From: an uncultured Spirochaetales bacterium
Lineage (GTDB): Bacteria; Spirochaetota; Spirochaetia; SZUA-6; CAZLRN01
NCBI GenBank assembly: GCA_964561715.1
Contig: CAZLRN010000107.1
Location: forward strand, 1-11,706
DNA length: 11,706 bases
Reading direction: 5' to 3'
A model generated the notes under the pieces. It searched no databases, was not told the DNA's origin, and saw only the letters and a list, made by a program, of their open reading frames with translations. This document shows, in pieces, positions 1-7,605 of the stretch (position 1 is its first letter; each line of letters begins with the position of its first letter). A program made the translations under genes and the position numbers.

Positions 1-1096
1 GGGCAGCATCGCTCAGAGCTACATCCATCGGCAAAGTTACTTTCGGGCCGTTGACATAGTTGCGTACATATTTGTATCGACCCGATCGCACTGCCCTCTT
101 GGGATCGTAGCGGTCGTGGTAGTTCTTCTCCAGAAAGATCATCTGCGGTTCTGAAGGTTTGCCGTCCTTCAAGAGCCTCCAAAGACTCCCGCCCTGAATA
201 GCGTCATTCCCTGGGATTCCGAGCATCTCCAGTAGAGTGGGCAAAACATCTATGCTGTTCGATAGGGCGCCTATCCGGCCTGGCTTAATGCTCCACGAAT
301 CGGGAAATCTCATGATGAGGCTGATTCGGGTTCCGGCATCCGTGAGCATTCCCTTGGCACCAGGCAGCGCTGCTCCGTGATCCGTAGTGAAGATAACAAC
401 TGTGTCCTCACTGAGCCTTTCCTTCCGCAGCGTTTCCAGAATCTCACCGCACCAGCTGTCGAAGAATTCGATCTGGCCATGGAACTTGGCCAGCCCCCGG
501 CGTGTGTCCTCATTATCATGCAGCCACTCGGGAACCCGCAGCTTCGATGCATCATGGAGAGGCCAATCCGGGATATGCCTGCTGACGGATAGCTTCTGTA
601 GATCGGATGCAGCATGGGGAAGGTGTGTCTCGAAGGAGAAGAGACTCATGAAAAAGGGACGGGCCCTGGCCTCTTCGGATTTCAAGAACCGTATGGCTTC
701 TGGATAGACGAGGTCGCACACCGCAAGGTCTGGCGGCATGAACAGTTTTTGATACCGGTTGGCTGCGGGGCTCCTTCGCTCATGCTGTCCGCCGCAACAG
801 AAAGTCAGGTATCCCTGCTGGTTAAGATAGTCTACAAGGGTCTTCTCCGATTCGGACAGGCTCCATCCGCGGTTTACCAGACCCATCAACCCGTTCGAGT
901 GGGCGTACCGCCCTGTCATCATGCAACCCCTTGCCGGGCTGCACGGGGTCGATGCACAGAAGTGATTGGTAAAGAGCACTCCCTTTTCGGCCAGAGCATC
1001 CAGGTGCGGGCTTTTAACTGATAGCTCACCGTAGCAATGGAGATGCGTGCCGAGATCGTGGGGAATAATGAGAACGATGTTGGGTCGCTTATTCAT
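1..1096 (-). CDS. Cys-type sulfatase (arylsulfatase family), C-terminus beyond window start; no signal peptide
   Basis: Minus-strand frame is open from ATG (complement of 1094-1096) to position 1, at least 365 aa. Translation begins MNKRPNIVLIIPHDLGTH and contains the sulfatase signature CASTPCSPARGCMMTGRY (C-x-P-x-R formylglycine motif) plus VVIFTTDHGAALPGAKGMLTDAGTRISLIMRFP, typical of the sulfatase fold. The ORF track omits it only because its stop lies outside the window. The 310..615(-) and plus-strand ORFs here are shadow frames. Confidence 0.85.
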   Translation of the reverse strand, partial: MNKRPNIVLIIPHDLGTHLHCYGELSVKSPHLDALAEKGVLFTNHFCASTPCSPARGCMMTGRYAHSNGLMGLVNRGWSLSESEKTLVDYLNQQGYLTFCCGGQHERRSPAANRYQKLFMPPDLAVCDLVYPEAIRFLKSEEARARPFFMSLFSFETHLPHAASDLQKLSVSRHIPDWPLHDASKLRVPEWLHDNEDTRRGLAKFHGQIEFFDSWCGEILETLRKERLSEDTVVIFTTDHGAALPGAKGMLTDAGTRISLIMRFPDSWSIKPGRIGALSNSIDVLPTLLEMLGIPGNDAIQGGSLWRLLKDGKPSEPQMIFLEKNYHDRYDPKRAVRSGRYKYVRNYVNGPKVTLPMDVALSDAA

Positions 1097-1116
1097 AAGC
1101 TGATTATTGAAGACCG

Positions 1117-1500
1117 CTATGACTTCTGAACGCGCCCCGTGACCCAGACTATAGCCATAGTCTGGATACCCGTGTTGTAAGTGACGTGGAACTCACCCGG
1201 TGGCACGTAGAAGGCGTCTCCCGCCTTGATGGGAAACTCGTCATCGCCCACGATCATTTTACCCTTTCCGGAGAGGATATAATAGACCTCTTCGTTATCA
1301 TCATGGGCATGCCCCGTTGTCCTTCCCGTAGGATAGATGATGGTGTGTCCCATCGTCAGGCTTTGAGACGGGGAGCTTTTCGGATCGATGAGGTAATAGG
1401 TGTCCCGCAGGATCTCGTTTTCTCTGCTACTGACCGCAAAACGCAAAGAGCGCTTGTCTTCGTCAGGCTCTTTGTCCTCGATATTTACTACATGCTTCAT
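1117..1500 (-). CDS. cupin-domain protein (cupin_2)
   Basis: 127 aa. Two-motif cupin signature GHAHDDNEEVYYILSGKG ... GDAFYVPPGEFH. A strong SD (GGAGAGG) lies 7 nt upstream of the ATG on the minus strand. It is followed 20 nt later by the sulfatase start, so an operon is likely. Confidence 0.85.
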   Translation of the reverse strand: MKHVVNIEDKEPDEDKRSLRFAVSSRENEILRDTYYLIDPKSSPSQSLTMGHTIIYPTGRTTGHAHDDNEEVYYILSGKGKMIVGDDEFPIKAGDAFYVPPGEFHVTYNTGIQTMAIVWVTGRVQKS

Positions 1501-1528
1501 TCAGCCTCTCCTGAAACAGCCTGCTTGC

Positions 1529-2710
1529 CTACTCTGAAGTTTTTGTCAGCGCGAAGCCCGACCACAGCCGTGCTCTGCGATTGCGGTACTTCCAGGGATC
1601 TTTCACCCCGCGCAGAGACTTCTTTTCGCCGTATCCCTCCTGCAGCATCTCGAAGGAGTCGAACTCTCCTCGAACGCGGCTAAGCATCGACTCGTTGCTT
1701 ACCAGCTTGCCCACCCACGCATAGAGTCTGGATCGCTGCCGCTTCGCAACCCTCAGCAACACTCTCTTCAACGCGCTCCGACCTGCCTCTTCCCTGCCGA
1801 GCAGAAACAGCGCCACAGCCCTGTAAAACCAGGCATCGTTATGTTTCAATCGTATCCTTACACAGCGATTGAAGAAGAGCAACGCCTCATCGTAGCGACC
1901 ACTGTGAAGCAGGTAGATCCCCATCCTCTTGTTTAAAAGATAACTATGAGGGTTCGACCGCAGCCCGGGCTTGATTCTGGCAATCGCCCGATCGCCCTCT
2001 TTGAGAGAGTACTTCTTGTATGGAGACTGCTTTGCGAGAGTGGCATACATCATGACAGCCACCGCCAAAACAAGGATATCGAGCATCAGTGCCAGGGCCA
2101 GCCCGTCCAGGTAGAGCAGAAAGTTGAAAAGCCCGTGCACAAAGGCGGCCGACACCACATATCTAAGCAGGCTCGTCATGGGTATCCTGGATTCCTCTCG
2201 TTTTTTTCCGTATACAGCTTCGGCGTAGGGAACCGACCACAGAGTGGAGTAGGTCATGTGACCAAGCACGGTCAGCAGCGACCTCTCGAGGAGAATCCCG
2301 ACGCCGTACCACATACCGTAGGAGACGTTCTCTACAGAGGCAAAGGCAAGAGCCACTGCCGCGGCTTGGAGCACGGCGTCTCGTGGTTCCTTGACGGACC
2401 TCATGCCCTGGGCGGCGATAAAAAAGATGAAGAACTTCGAGAACTCTTCGACGGGCCCCACTAGCAAGAACTGAAAGAAAAACTCATTAGCTGTCTCATT
2501 AACGCCCCAAATATAGGAGGCGATAACCTCACCGATCTCCCCAAGCACTATGGTTGGGACTATGCTGAAGAGCCCGAAAAAGAAAAAGGCAACCAGGTAG
2601 GTGAAGCTCTTTTTGTCTGCCCTGTATCGATCGAGCCGCTTGAGTACCGTCAGCCAGAACCAACCGGCCAACGCGATGACGACGAGCACGATGAACAGAT
2701 AGAGAATCAC
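1529..2710 (-). CDS. PrsW-family intramembrane metalloprotease with C-terminal TPR-like domain
   Basis: 393 aa with a GTG start preceded by GGAGAG. Multi-TM N-terminal half carries the PrsW motifs VEEFSKF (EExxK), FASVENVSYG (matches B. subtilis PrsW FATLENILY), LGHMTYSTLW and FVHGLFNF (HxxxN/D). The C-terminal approx 150 aa are helical repeats (GRYDEALLFFNRCVRIRLKHNDAWFYRAVALFLLGREEA) consistent with TPR. Confidence 0.7.
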   Translation of the reverse strand: MILYLFIVLVVIALAGWFWLTVLKRLDRYRADKKSFTYLVAFFFFGLFSIVPTIVLGEIGEVIASYIWGVNETANEFFFQFLLVGPVEEFSKFFIFFIAAQGMRSVKEPRDAVLQAAAVALAFASVENVSYGMWYGVGILLERSLLTVLGHMTYSTLWSVPYAEAVYGKKREESRIPMTSLLRYVVSAAFVHGLFNFLLYLDGLALALMLDILVLAVAVMMYATLAKQSPYKKYSLKEGDRAIARIKPGLRSNPHSYLLNKRMGIYLLHSGRYDEALLFFNRCVRIRLKHNDAWFYRAVALFLLGREEAGRSALKRVLLRVAKRQRSRLYAWVGKLVSNESMLSRVRGEFDSFEMLQEGYGEKKSLRGVKDPWKYRNRRARLWSGFALTKTSE

Positions 2711-2806
2711 AGGACAACTCTCCTAAGCTAATAATACCACAGAGGTGGTGACTTTGCCGGCGGTATTCATTTCGTTGGTCAGCCGTCGCCGGTCACGCTC
2801 TTACAG

Positions 2807-3085
2807 TCACCCCTTCTGCTTGGCCATTTTGCCCACTGCGTATGCGCCAAAATGATAGATACCGTTGGCCTGCAGAAAGATTCCAACGGCCAGAATGACA
2901 AACCTGCTCCAGTCATAGGGCTGGACTGATAGAGTATTCCAGAGGGCAAAGAGAATCGAAACGACAGCAGAGATGATCAGAGCCGTATTGCCTTCGGCCT
3001 TGAGCCACTTTTTCGCAGCCTGGGTGATGGCAAGCGCGATGGCTGCCATACTGATAATCTCCGTGACCAGTTCGGGTGTGAACAT
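2807..3085 (-). CDS. small 3-TM membrane protein, holin-like (function uncertain)
   Basis: The 124-aa ORF is listed at 2807..3181. The internal ATG at complement 3083-3085 (MFTPELVTEIISMAAIALAITQAAKKW...) is preceded by GGAGG with a 6-nt spacer, whereas the upstream GTG has no SD. The resulting 93-aa product has three predicted TM helices and a charged C-tail (KMAKQKG), a class-I-holin-like architecture. Confidence 0.5.
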   Translation of the reverse strand: MFTPELVTEIISMAAIALAITQAAKKWLKAEGNTALIISAVVSILFALWNTLSVQPYDWSRFVILAVGIFLQANGIYHFGAYAVGKMAKQKG

Positions 3086-3217
3086 GTCCTGCCTCCATTT
3101 TACTATCTGCCCCCTATTATAGGCCGGGGAGACATCGATGCAATCGAATCGATCCAATCGAATGGCAGGTGACATAGCCACTCTGTACGAGACCGGATAT
3201 GCTGACTCGATCCATCT

Positions 3218-4482
3218 ATGACCAAATCTCAGAGACTATCACTGCTGGTTGGGCTGGTCGCTCCCTTTCTCGTCTCCGTTCTGAATTTGACAATGTTTCG
3301 AGTCACCGTCCCGACGATCCGCATCACCTTCGGAATACCTGCCGATTTGACCGCCTGGCTGGAAACTTCTTACAACCTAGCTTACATGGTCTTCATGCCT
3401 CTGTACGGATTCTTGGGCGATCGGCTGAGCAAGAAGGGGCTCTTCACTGCAGGCATCGGTATCTTCTCCGTGGGAACGTTGCTCATCCTCTTCTCCTCGA
3501 GCCTGGCTCTCATTTCGCAGCGATGCTCGGTCCTCTCTTAGCGGGTTTCTTGATCGATACTTACGGCTGGCGGGCGATTTATGTGCCCGTGCTTCTGGCA
3601 AATGCCATCGCCATAGTTGTCGTGTGGAAGCTGCTGCCTTCTTCAAAGCCTGTGAGCTCGCCGCAAGCAACCGCACAGAATCAGGAGCAAGTACCAGCAG
3701 TTCTAAAAGGCTTTGATTGGATCGGATTTCTTCTCTTTGCACTGTTTCTCTCCCTATTTGTCTTTTACCTCTCGAGTCGCCCTATTACCGGTAAGGAGCC
3801 TTTTTCGGATTGGAGATTCGGCGTTGGCGCGATTCTCTCAGGCGTGCTGCTGATAGTCTGGGAGAAGCGATGCGCTCGCCCCATTGTTCCCCTGGACCTT
3901 CTGAGAATCGGAGATTTCGCTTCGGCGTCCTTCTGTTCGGCACTGCGTATGTTCATACTGGGATGCGTCGGGCCGCTCGTTCCCCTCTACCTGACAGAGA
4001 TACATGGAATGAGCGCTGCGTGGATCGGGACCGCGCTGGCTGTAACCTACATCACCTTTCTGTTCTGCATGCGAATCGGGGGCCGGCTTGCTGATCGATG
4101 GGGCAGCCGCTGGCTCGTTGTGACCGGTCTGCTCGTCCAATGCTCTGTTCTCGTTATTCTGGCCCTCGTCGATGATTCCATTCCACCAGGACTCATCATT
4201 CCGGTGCCCTTCATCCACGGGCTGGGGGCTGGAATCTACCTAGCTCCAATGCACCGGGCCGCGATGGCCCGGATTCCCAAGGACCGATCCGGGGAGGGAG
4301 CGGGATTCTACAGCTTGATTCGTTTCGGCGGCGTGCTTTTGGGCCCGACCGTGGCGGGCGTTCTGCTCCAAAACGGTCTGATAAGATACGCAGAAGCCCT
4401 ACGAGCCTATCAGAGAACCTTCTGGATAATTGCGGCGATAGGAGTTGCGGGCACGGTTATCGCATTGAGAATCAGGGACTAA
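3218..4482 (+). pseudogene. MFS transporter (EmrB/QacA-like drug:H+ antiporter family) disrupted by frameshift plus internal deletion
   Basis: The N-terminal 101 aa in frame 2 (3218..3541) give MFS TM1-TM4 (LSLLVGLVAPF...PLYGFLGDRLSKKGLFTAGIGIFSVGTLLILFSSSLALI) and then terminate. Translation resumes in frame 1 at about 3510 with AAMLGPLLAGFLIDTYGWRAIYVPVLLANAI... (TM6 onward) through 4482. The roughly 40-aa segment expected between TM4 and the GPxLGG motif (RxLQGxG...FPxxxRG) is missing, and the two parts are out of frame. There is no SD before 3218. Confidence 0.65.
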
Positions 4483-4505
4483 ACAGGCGTTTTACTCATT
4501 CTCTA

Positions 4506-4534
4506 TTTACGCGCCAATACATCTCCGGTAGTAT
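4506..4534 (+). promoter_or_regulatory. candidate sigma-70 promoter for the beta-propeller gene (-35 TTTACG / 17 bp / -10 TAGTAT)
   Basis: TTTACG at 4506-4511, a 17-nt spacer, then TAGTAT at 4529-4534. This sits about 45 bp upstream of the GGAGG RBS (4566-4570) and the ATG at 4578. Confidence 0.25.
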
Positions 4535-4577
4535 TCCACCGTAGCTTTCCCGACAACTCTCTATCGGAGGAATAAAG

Positions 4578-5603
4578 ATGGCCAATCCCAACCTTGATGT
4601 CCCTCATGTTCTAGATGACCCCCCGCCCTATCATAAAAAGCTGCTCGAATACGGAGAGCGACCATACTGGAGCAGGGATGGCTCCCGCATCGCCTTCGTC
4701 GAATCCAACTACGGCGATATCTGCGAGATCGATCCCGCTAACGGACAGGTACGGCATCTCACCAAGCGTTTGGGAGATCATCACAGCTTCCTGAGAGTCC
4801 TGATCCTCTCCAAAGGGGATTACCTGCTCATAGGTCCCAAGGTTTTCAAGGACCGCGATACGAGCCGTCACGTCGAATCAGAGCTCTGGGTGCTGGATAA
4901 AGACTTAAGGCGGCCGCCCAAACCCTTGGGTCGTCGGATTTTCGAGGGATGCGGGGTTTCGACCCTGGCCCCGCGGATTACCTATGCGGTGAGCGGGCGA
5001 AACGATCCCACACTGGGAAGCCCTGACGCGTACGAATGTCACGTCACGGAGATCACTTACGGAGCCGACGGTCCTGAGCTGGGAGAGGATCGCATCATCT
5101 ACCGCGCCAGCGGCGGCCAACGCCCCGAGCCCCAGGACTTCAGACACGACGACACCGAGGTCATCATGGCCGAATACATCGGCGATCGAAGCAAAGATCC
5201 CGACAACTGGGGCTGCGTCGTAAAGGGAGTCATGGTCGAGACTGGTGAGGTTCGCACCTACATCGAAGAGCCAGGCGTGCACAACGAGTGCGAGGGCATC
5301 TTCCCCGATCACGAGCACATCTGCCTGGAATCCTCCTGCGATGGTCCCTTTCCCCCAAACGATCTCTGGAAGCTCAAGCTCGACGGCACAGGAAGGCGCG
5401 TGCGGATGACTCAGTTTCACAATCGCCCTCCCTGGAGGTCCAGCAATTCCAACGTCAGCCCCGACAGCAGGTGGCTGGCCTTCATGGTGAACGTGCGCAC
5501 CGACGAAGCGGGCTACGGACGCGGCTTGGGGCTGATGGATCTGCAGGCTTGGGAAAACGCGCCGGAGGCGCAGGCATGGGAGTCGCCGGGAGGAAAGGGC
5601 TAG
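4578..5603 (+). CDS. hypothetical cytoplasmic protein with PD40/TolB-like beta-propeller repeats
   Basis: 341 aa with a GGAGG RBS. PD40-like repeat motifs WSRDGSRIAFVES and VSPDSRWLAFMVN. There is no signal peptide. The codon usage is coherent; the 4905..5420(-) and 5288..5671(+) ORFs are shadows. Confidence 0.6.
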   Translation: MANPNLDVPHVLDDPPPYHKKLLEYGERPYWSRDGSRIAFVESNYGDICEIDPANGQVRHLTKRLGDHHSFLRVLILSKGDYLLIGPKVFKDRDTSRHVESELWVLDKDLRRPPKPLGRRIFEGCGVSTLAPRITYAVSGRNDPTLGSPDAYECHVTEITYGADGPELGEDRIIYRASGGQRPEPQDFRHDDTEVIMAEYIGDRSKDPDNWGCVVKGVMVETGEVRTYIEEPGVHNECEGIFPDHEHICLESSCDGPFPPNDLWKLKLDGTGRRVRMTQFHNRPPWRSSNSNVSPDSRWLAFMVNVRTDEAGYGRGLGLMDLQAWENAPEAQAWESPGGKG

Positions 5604-5701
5604 CCGACCCCGCCGACCCGCGGTGCGGCGTAGCGGCTGATCCAGCAGTCATGACCAATAGCCGCGGGTAGTTATCTGTCGTAGTCCATGTTCTTTTCTG
5701 C

Positions 5702-5758
5702 GACATTTATGTCTACGACATTTATGTAAAAATTTTATCAAAAAAAGACATTTATGTA
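5702..5758 (+). repeat. three direct copies of GACATTTATGT(A/C), candidate upstream activator (enhancer) sites
   Basis: Copies lie at 5702-5713, 5717-5728 and 5747-5758. Each core ACAT-TT-ATGT has inverted 4-bp arms. Copies 2 and 3 are separated by an A/T tract (taaaaattttatcaaaaaaa). The block sits 85-135 bp upstream of the sigma-54 -24 element. Confidence 0.4.
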
Positions 5759-5835
5759 AGAAATAGGTTCTGTCCCTACCAAGCCGTTTCTTTTAACTTC
5801 TTTTATTGGCAAGAGATGCCTGCCGATAGCCGATT

Positions 5836-5851
5836 TGGCATGAATATTGCT
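5836..5851 (+). promoter_or_regulatory. sigma-54 (RpoN) promoter, -24 TGGCAT / -12 TTGCT
   Basis: TGGCATGAATATTGCT matches YTGGCACG-N4-TTGCW, with exactly 7 nt between TGGC and TTGC. It lies about 50 bp upstream of the PII start codon (5901), so the predicted TSS is near 5862. Confidence 0.5.
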
Positions 5852-5900
5852 GAATCTTTATCAAAGTCAATATGTACGGTCACATGCAGGGGAGTTAAGC

Positions 5901-6242
5901 ATGAAGTTGATTATTGCAGTGATTCGGCCAGAAAAGCTTACCGATGTGAAGCAAGAGCTCACCGAGGCCAGCGTGAATCTTATGACGGTAGTGCAGGCGA
6001 TAGGCTCAGGCAGGCAGAAGGGCTATCCGGAAACCTATCGCGGCGTGAAACACGAAATCAAGCTTCTCAAGAAGGTCGAGCTGCAGATAGCCGTCAACGA
6101 CGACTATGTAGAACCGACCATTAAGTCCATCATGAGGGGTGCCAAGACAGGGAGTATCGGGGACGGCAAAATATTCGTGCTTCCCATCGAAGAGTGTATT
6201 CGCATTCGAACCAGTGAACGCGGATCCCGCGCCATTGGCTGA
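5901..6242 (+). CDS. glnB: nitrogen regulatory protein PII (GlnB/GlnK family)
   Basis: 113 aa starting [13 protein letters not shown] (RBS AGGGGAG). T-loop [18 protein letters not shown] and B-loop [22 protein letters not shown] align with E. coli GlnB. Position 51 is His rather than the uridylylated Tyr. The listed 5847 start adds a non-homologous extension. Confidence 0.9.
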   Translation: MKLIIAVIRPEKLTDVKQELTEASVNLMTVVQAIGSGRQKGYPETYRGVKHEIKLLKKVELQIAVNDDYVEPTIKSIMRGAKTGSIGDGKIFVLPIEECIRIRTSERGSRAIG

Positions 6243-6316
6243 AAGGGCCGCCATTGGCGCACAGGATTGCCACTGGCTGATCCGACTTATCCGTTTTTGT
6301 GAGGAGGTAATAGAAA

Positions 6317-7594
6317 ATGTCGATTGGTAATGTCGATTGGGCGCTGGTCATTTCTCTAGTCGTACTGGGGATCGCAGCCTTTCTGATCTATCTCAAGGCA
6401 AACCTGAAAATCTGTGAACCAAACGAGATACTCATCTTCTCAGGCAAGAAGAGGAAACTCGCTTCGGGCGAAGTGGTTGGTTATCGAATTGTACGCGGAG
6501 GCATCGGACTTCGAACTCCGATTCTCGAGAAAGTTTCGCAGCTGTCTTTGGCAACTCTTCCGATCACAATCGAGATAGATCGGGCTCTCAGCAGCGGGAT
6601 GATTCCTCTGAATATAGTTGCCATTGCCCATGTCAAGATCGCCTCCAAGGAAGGGAAGGGCTTGGAAAACGCTGTCGAGAGGCTTCTAGGCAAGTCGCAC
6701 AACGAGATCGAAATGATCGCCAGGACCACTCTCGAAGGAACCATCCGGGGTGTGCTGGCCACCCATACTCCCGAGGATGCGAACTATCGTCGTCTGGACC
6801 TTGAAACCGACATCTTTGCCAAGGCGAATGAGGAGCTTGCCAAACTCGGTTTCACCCTTGACTCGATCAAAATCGAAGATCTCAAGGACACCCAGGGCTA
6901 TCTCGAAGCAGTGGGACGCCAGCGGAATGCCGTTGTGCAACGGGACGCCAGGATAAAAGAGGCGGAATCTGAGTCGGAAGCCCAGATCGTGGAAGCAGTC
7001 TCAAAGCAGAAGGCCTCGGATGTGAAGTTTCAGTCGCAAGTCGCCATCGAGCAGTACGAGACGCAGTTCCGCAGCAAAAAAGCTCAGATGAATGAGGAGA
7101 CTCACAAGCTCGAGGCCCGGGCGGAGTACGCGAAAAAGATCGAGGATTACAGGCAGCAGGAGATTCTAGAAGAGGTCAAAAAGGAAGTGAACTTCAAGAA
7201 GTACGACGCCGAGGTGATCATTCCGGCAAATGCAGATAAAAAGGCGGACGAGCTGAAGGCCATCGGAAAGGCCTCGTATCTCAAGGAACAGGGCCTCGCC
7301 ATGGCCGACGCAGTGAAGATGATGAAGGCGGAATGGAACAACGGTGACAGCAAAGAGCTCTTCATGCTGCATATTCTTCCCAATATCGTCGACAGCGTTT
7401 CAAAGGTTATTGCCGACAACCTGAAGGTCGAAAAACTGGTAGTCATGGGCAACGGCGGCCTGCCAAAACACGTCGGCGATGTCACCTCTAGCGTGGTCAC
7501 CTTTCTCGAACAGATCAAGACGGCAACGGGCATTGATCTCACGACGATACTGGGGGATTCAAAGAGTCTTCCCCTGGGAAAACAGCTCGAATAG
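6317..7594 (+). CDS. flotillin-family SPFH/band-7 protein (FloT/YuaG-like)
   Basis: 425 aa with a GAGGAGG RBS. It has an N-terminal TM helix, an SPFH core (RIVRGGIGLRTPI, LLGKSHNEIEMIARTTLEGTIRGVL, IKIEDLKDTQGYLEAVGRQRNAVVQRDARI, closely matching B. subtilis FloT motifs IVRGGG / FLGKS / IKDVRDKNGYLESLGKPRIAQVKRDADI), and a Glu/Ala/Lys-rich coiled-coil tail. Confidence 0.85.
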   Translation: MSIGNVDWALVISLVVLGIAAFLIYLKANLKICEPNEILIFSGKKRKLASGEVVGYRIVRGGIGLRTPILEKVSQLSLATLPITIEIDRALSSGMIPLNIVAIAHVKIASKEGKGLENAVERLLGKSHNEIEMIARTTLEGTIRGVLATHTPEDANYRRLDLETDIFAKANEELAKLGFTLDSIKIEDLKDTQGYLEAVGRQRNAVVQRDARIKEAESESEAQIVEAVSKQKASDVKFQSQVAIEQYETQFRSKKAQMNEETHKLEARAEYAKKIEDYRQQEILEEVKKEVNFKKYDAEVIIPANADKKADELKAIGKASYLKEQGLAMADAVKMMKAEWNNGDSKELFMLHILPNIVDSVSKVIADNLKVEKLVVMGNGGLPKHVGDVTSSVVTFLEQIKTATGIDLTTILGDSKSLPLGKQLE

Positions 7595-7605
7595 GGAAAA
7601 ACGAC

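Noticed and set aside
310-1021. Plus-strand and frame-shifted ORFs listed over the sulfatase region (377..592+, 387..707+, 614..1021+, 310..615-)
   Set aside because: The continuous minus-strand frame through this region encodes an unbroken sulfatase with all hallmark motifs, so these are shadow ORFs.
2807-3181. Upstream GTG start (124-aa version) for the holin-like protein
   Set aside because: There is no SD upstream of the GTG, whereas the internal ATG at 3085 has GGAGG at optimal spacing and begins right at the first TM helix.
3199-3541. Listed 427-aa ORF starting at 3199 as a single intact MFS gene
   Set aside because: Its first approx 105 aa (MLTRSIYDQISETIT...) are the out-of-frame shadow of the genuine MFS N-terminus encoded in frame 2 from 3218. 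Only the portion from about 3510 onward is real coding sequence.
5604-5700. Intrinsic terminator after the beta-propeller gene
   Set aside because: Only short GC stems (CGCCG...CGGCG) without a following U-tract, so there is no convincing rho-independent terminator.
5688-5760. Mini-ORF MFFSATFMSTTFM and ATG-TAA start-stop pairs inside the GACATTTATGTAA repeats
   Set aside because: There is no SD in front. The ATG and TAA are intrinsic to the repeated motif, so this is most likely coincidental rather than a leader peptide.
6255-6271. Second possible sigma-54 promoter TGGCGCACAGGATTGCC upstream of flotillin
   Set aside because: The spacing between TGGC and TTGC is 8 nt instead of the near-invariant 7, so it is unlikely to bind sigma-54. 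I kept only the palindrome observation.
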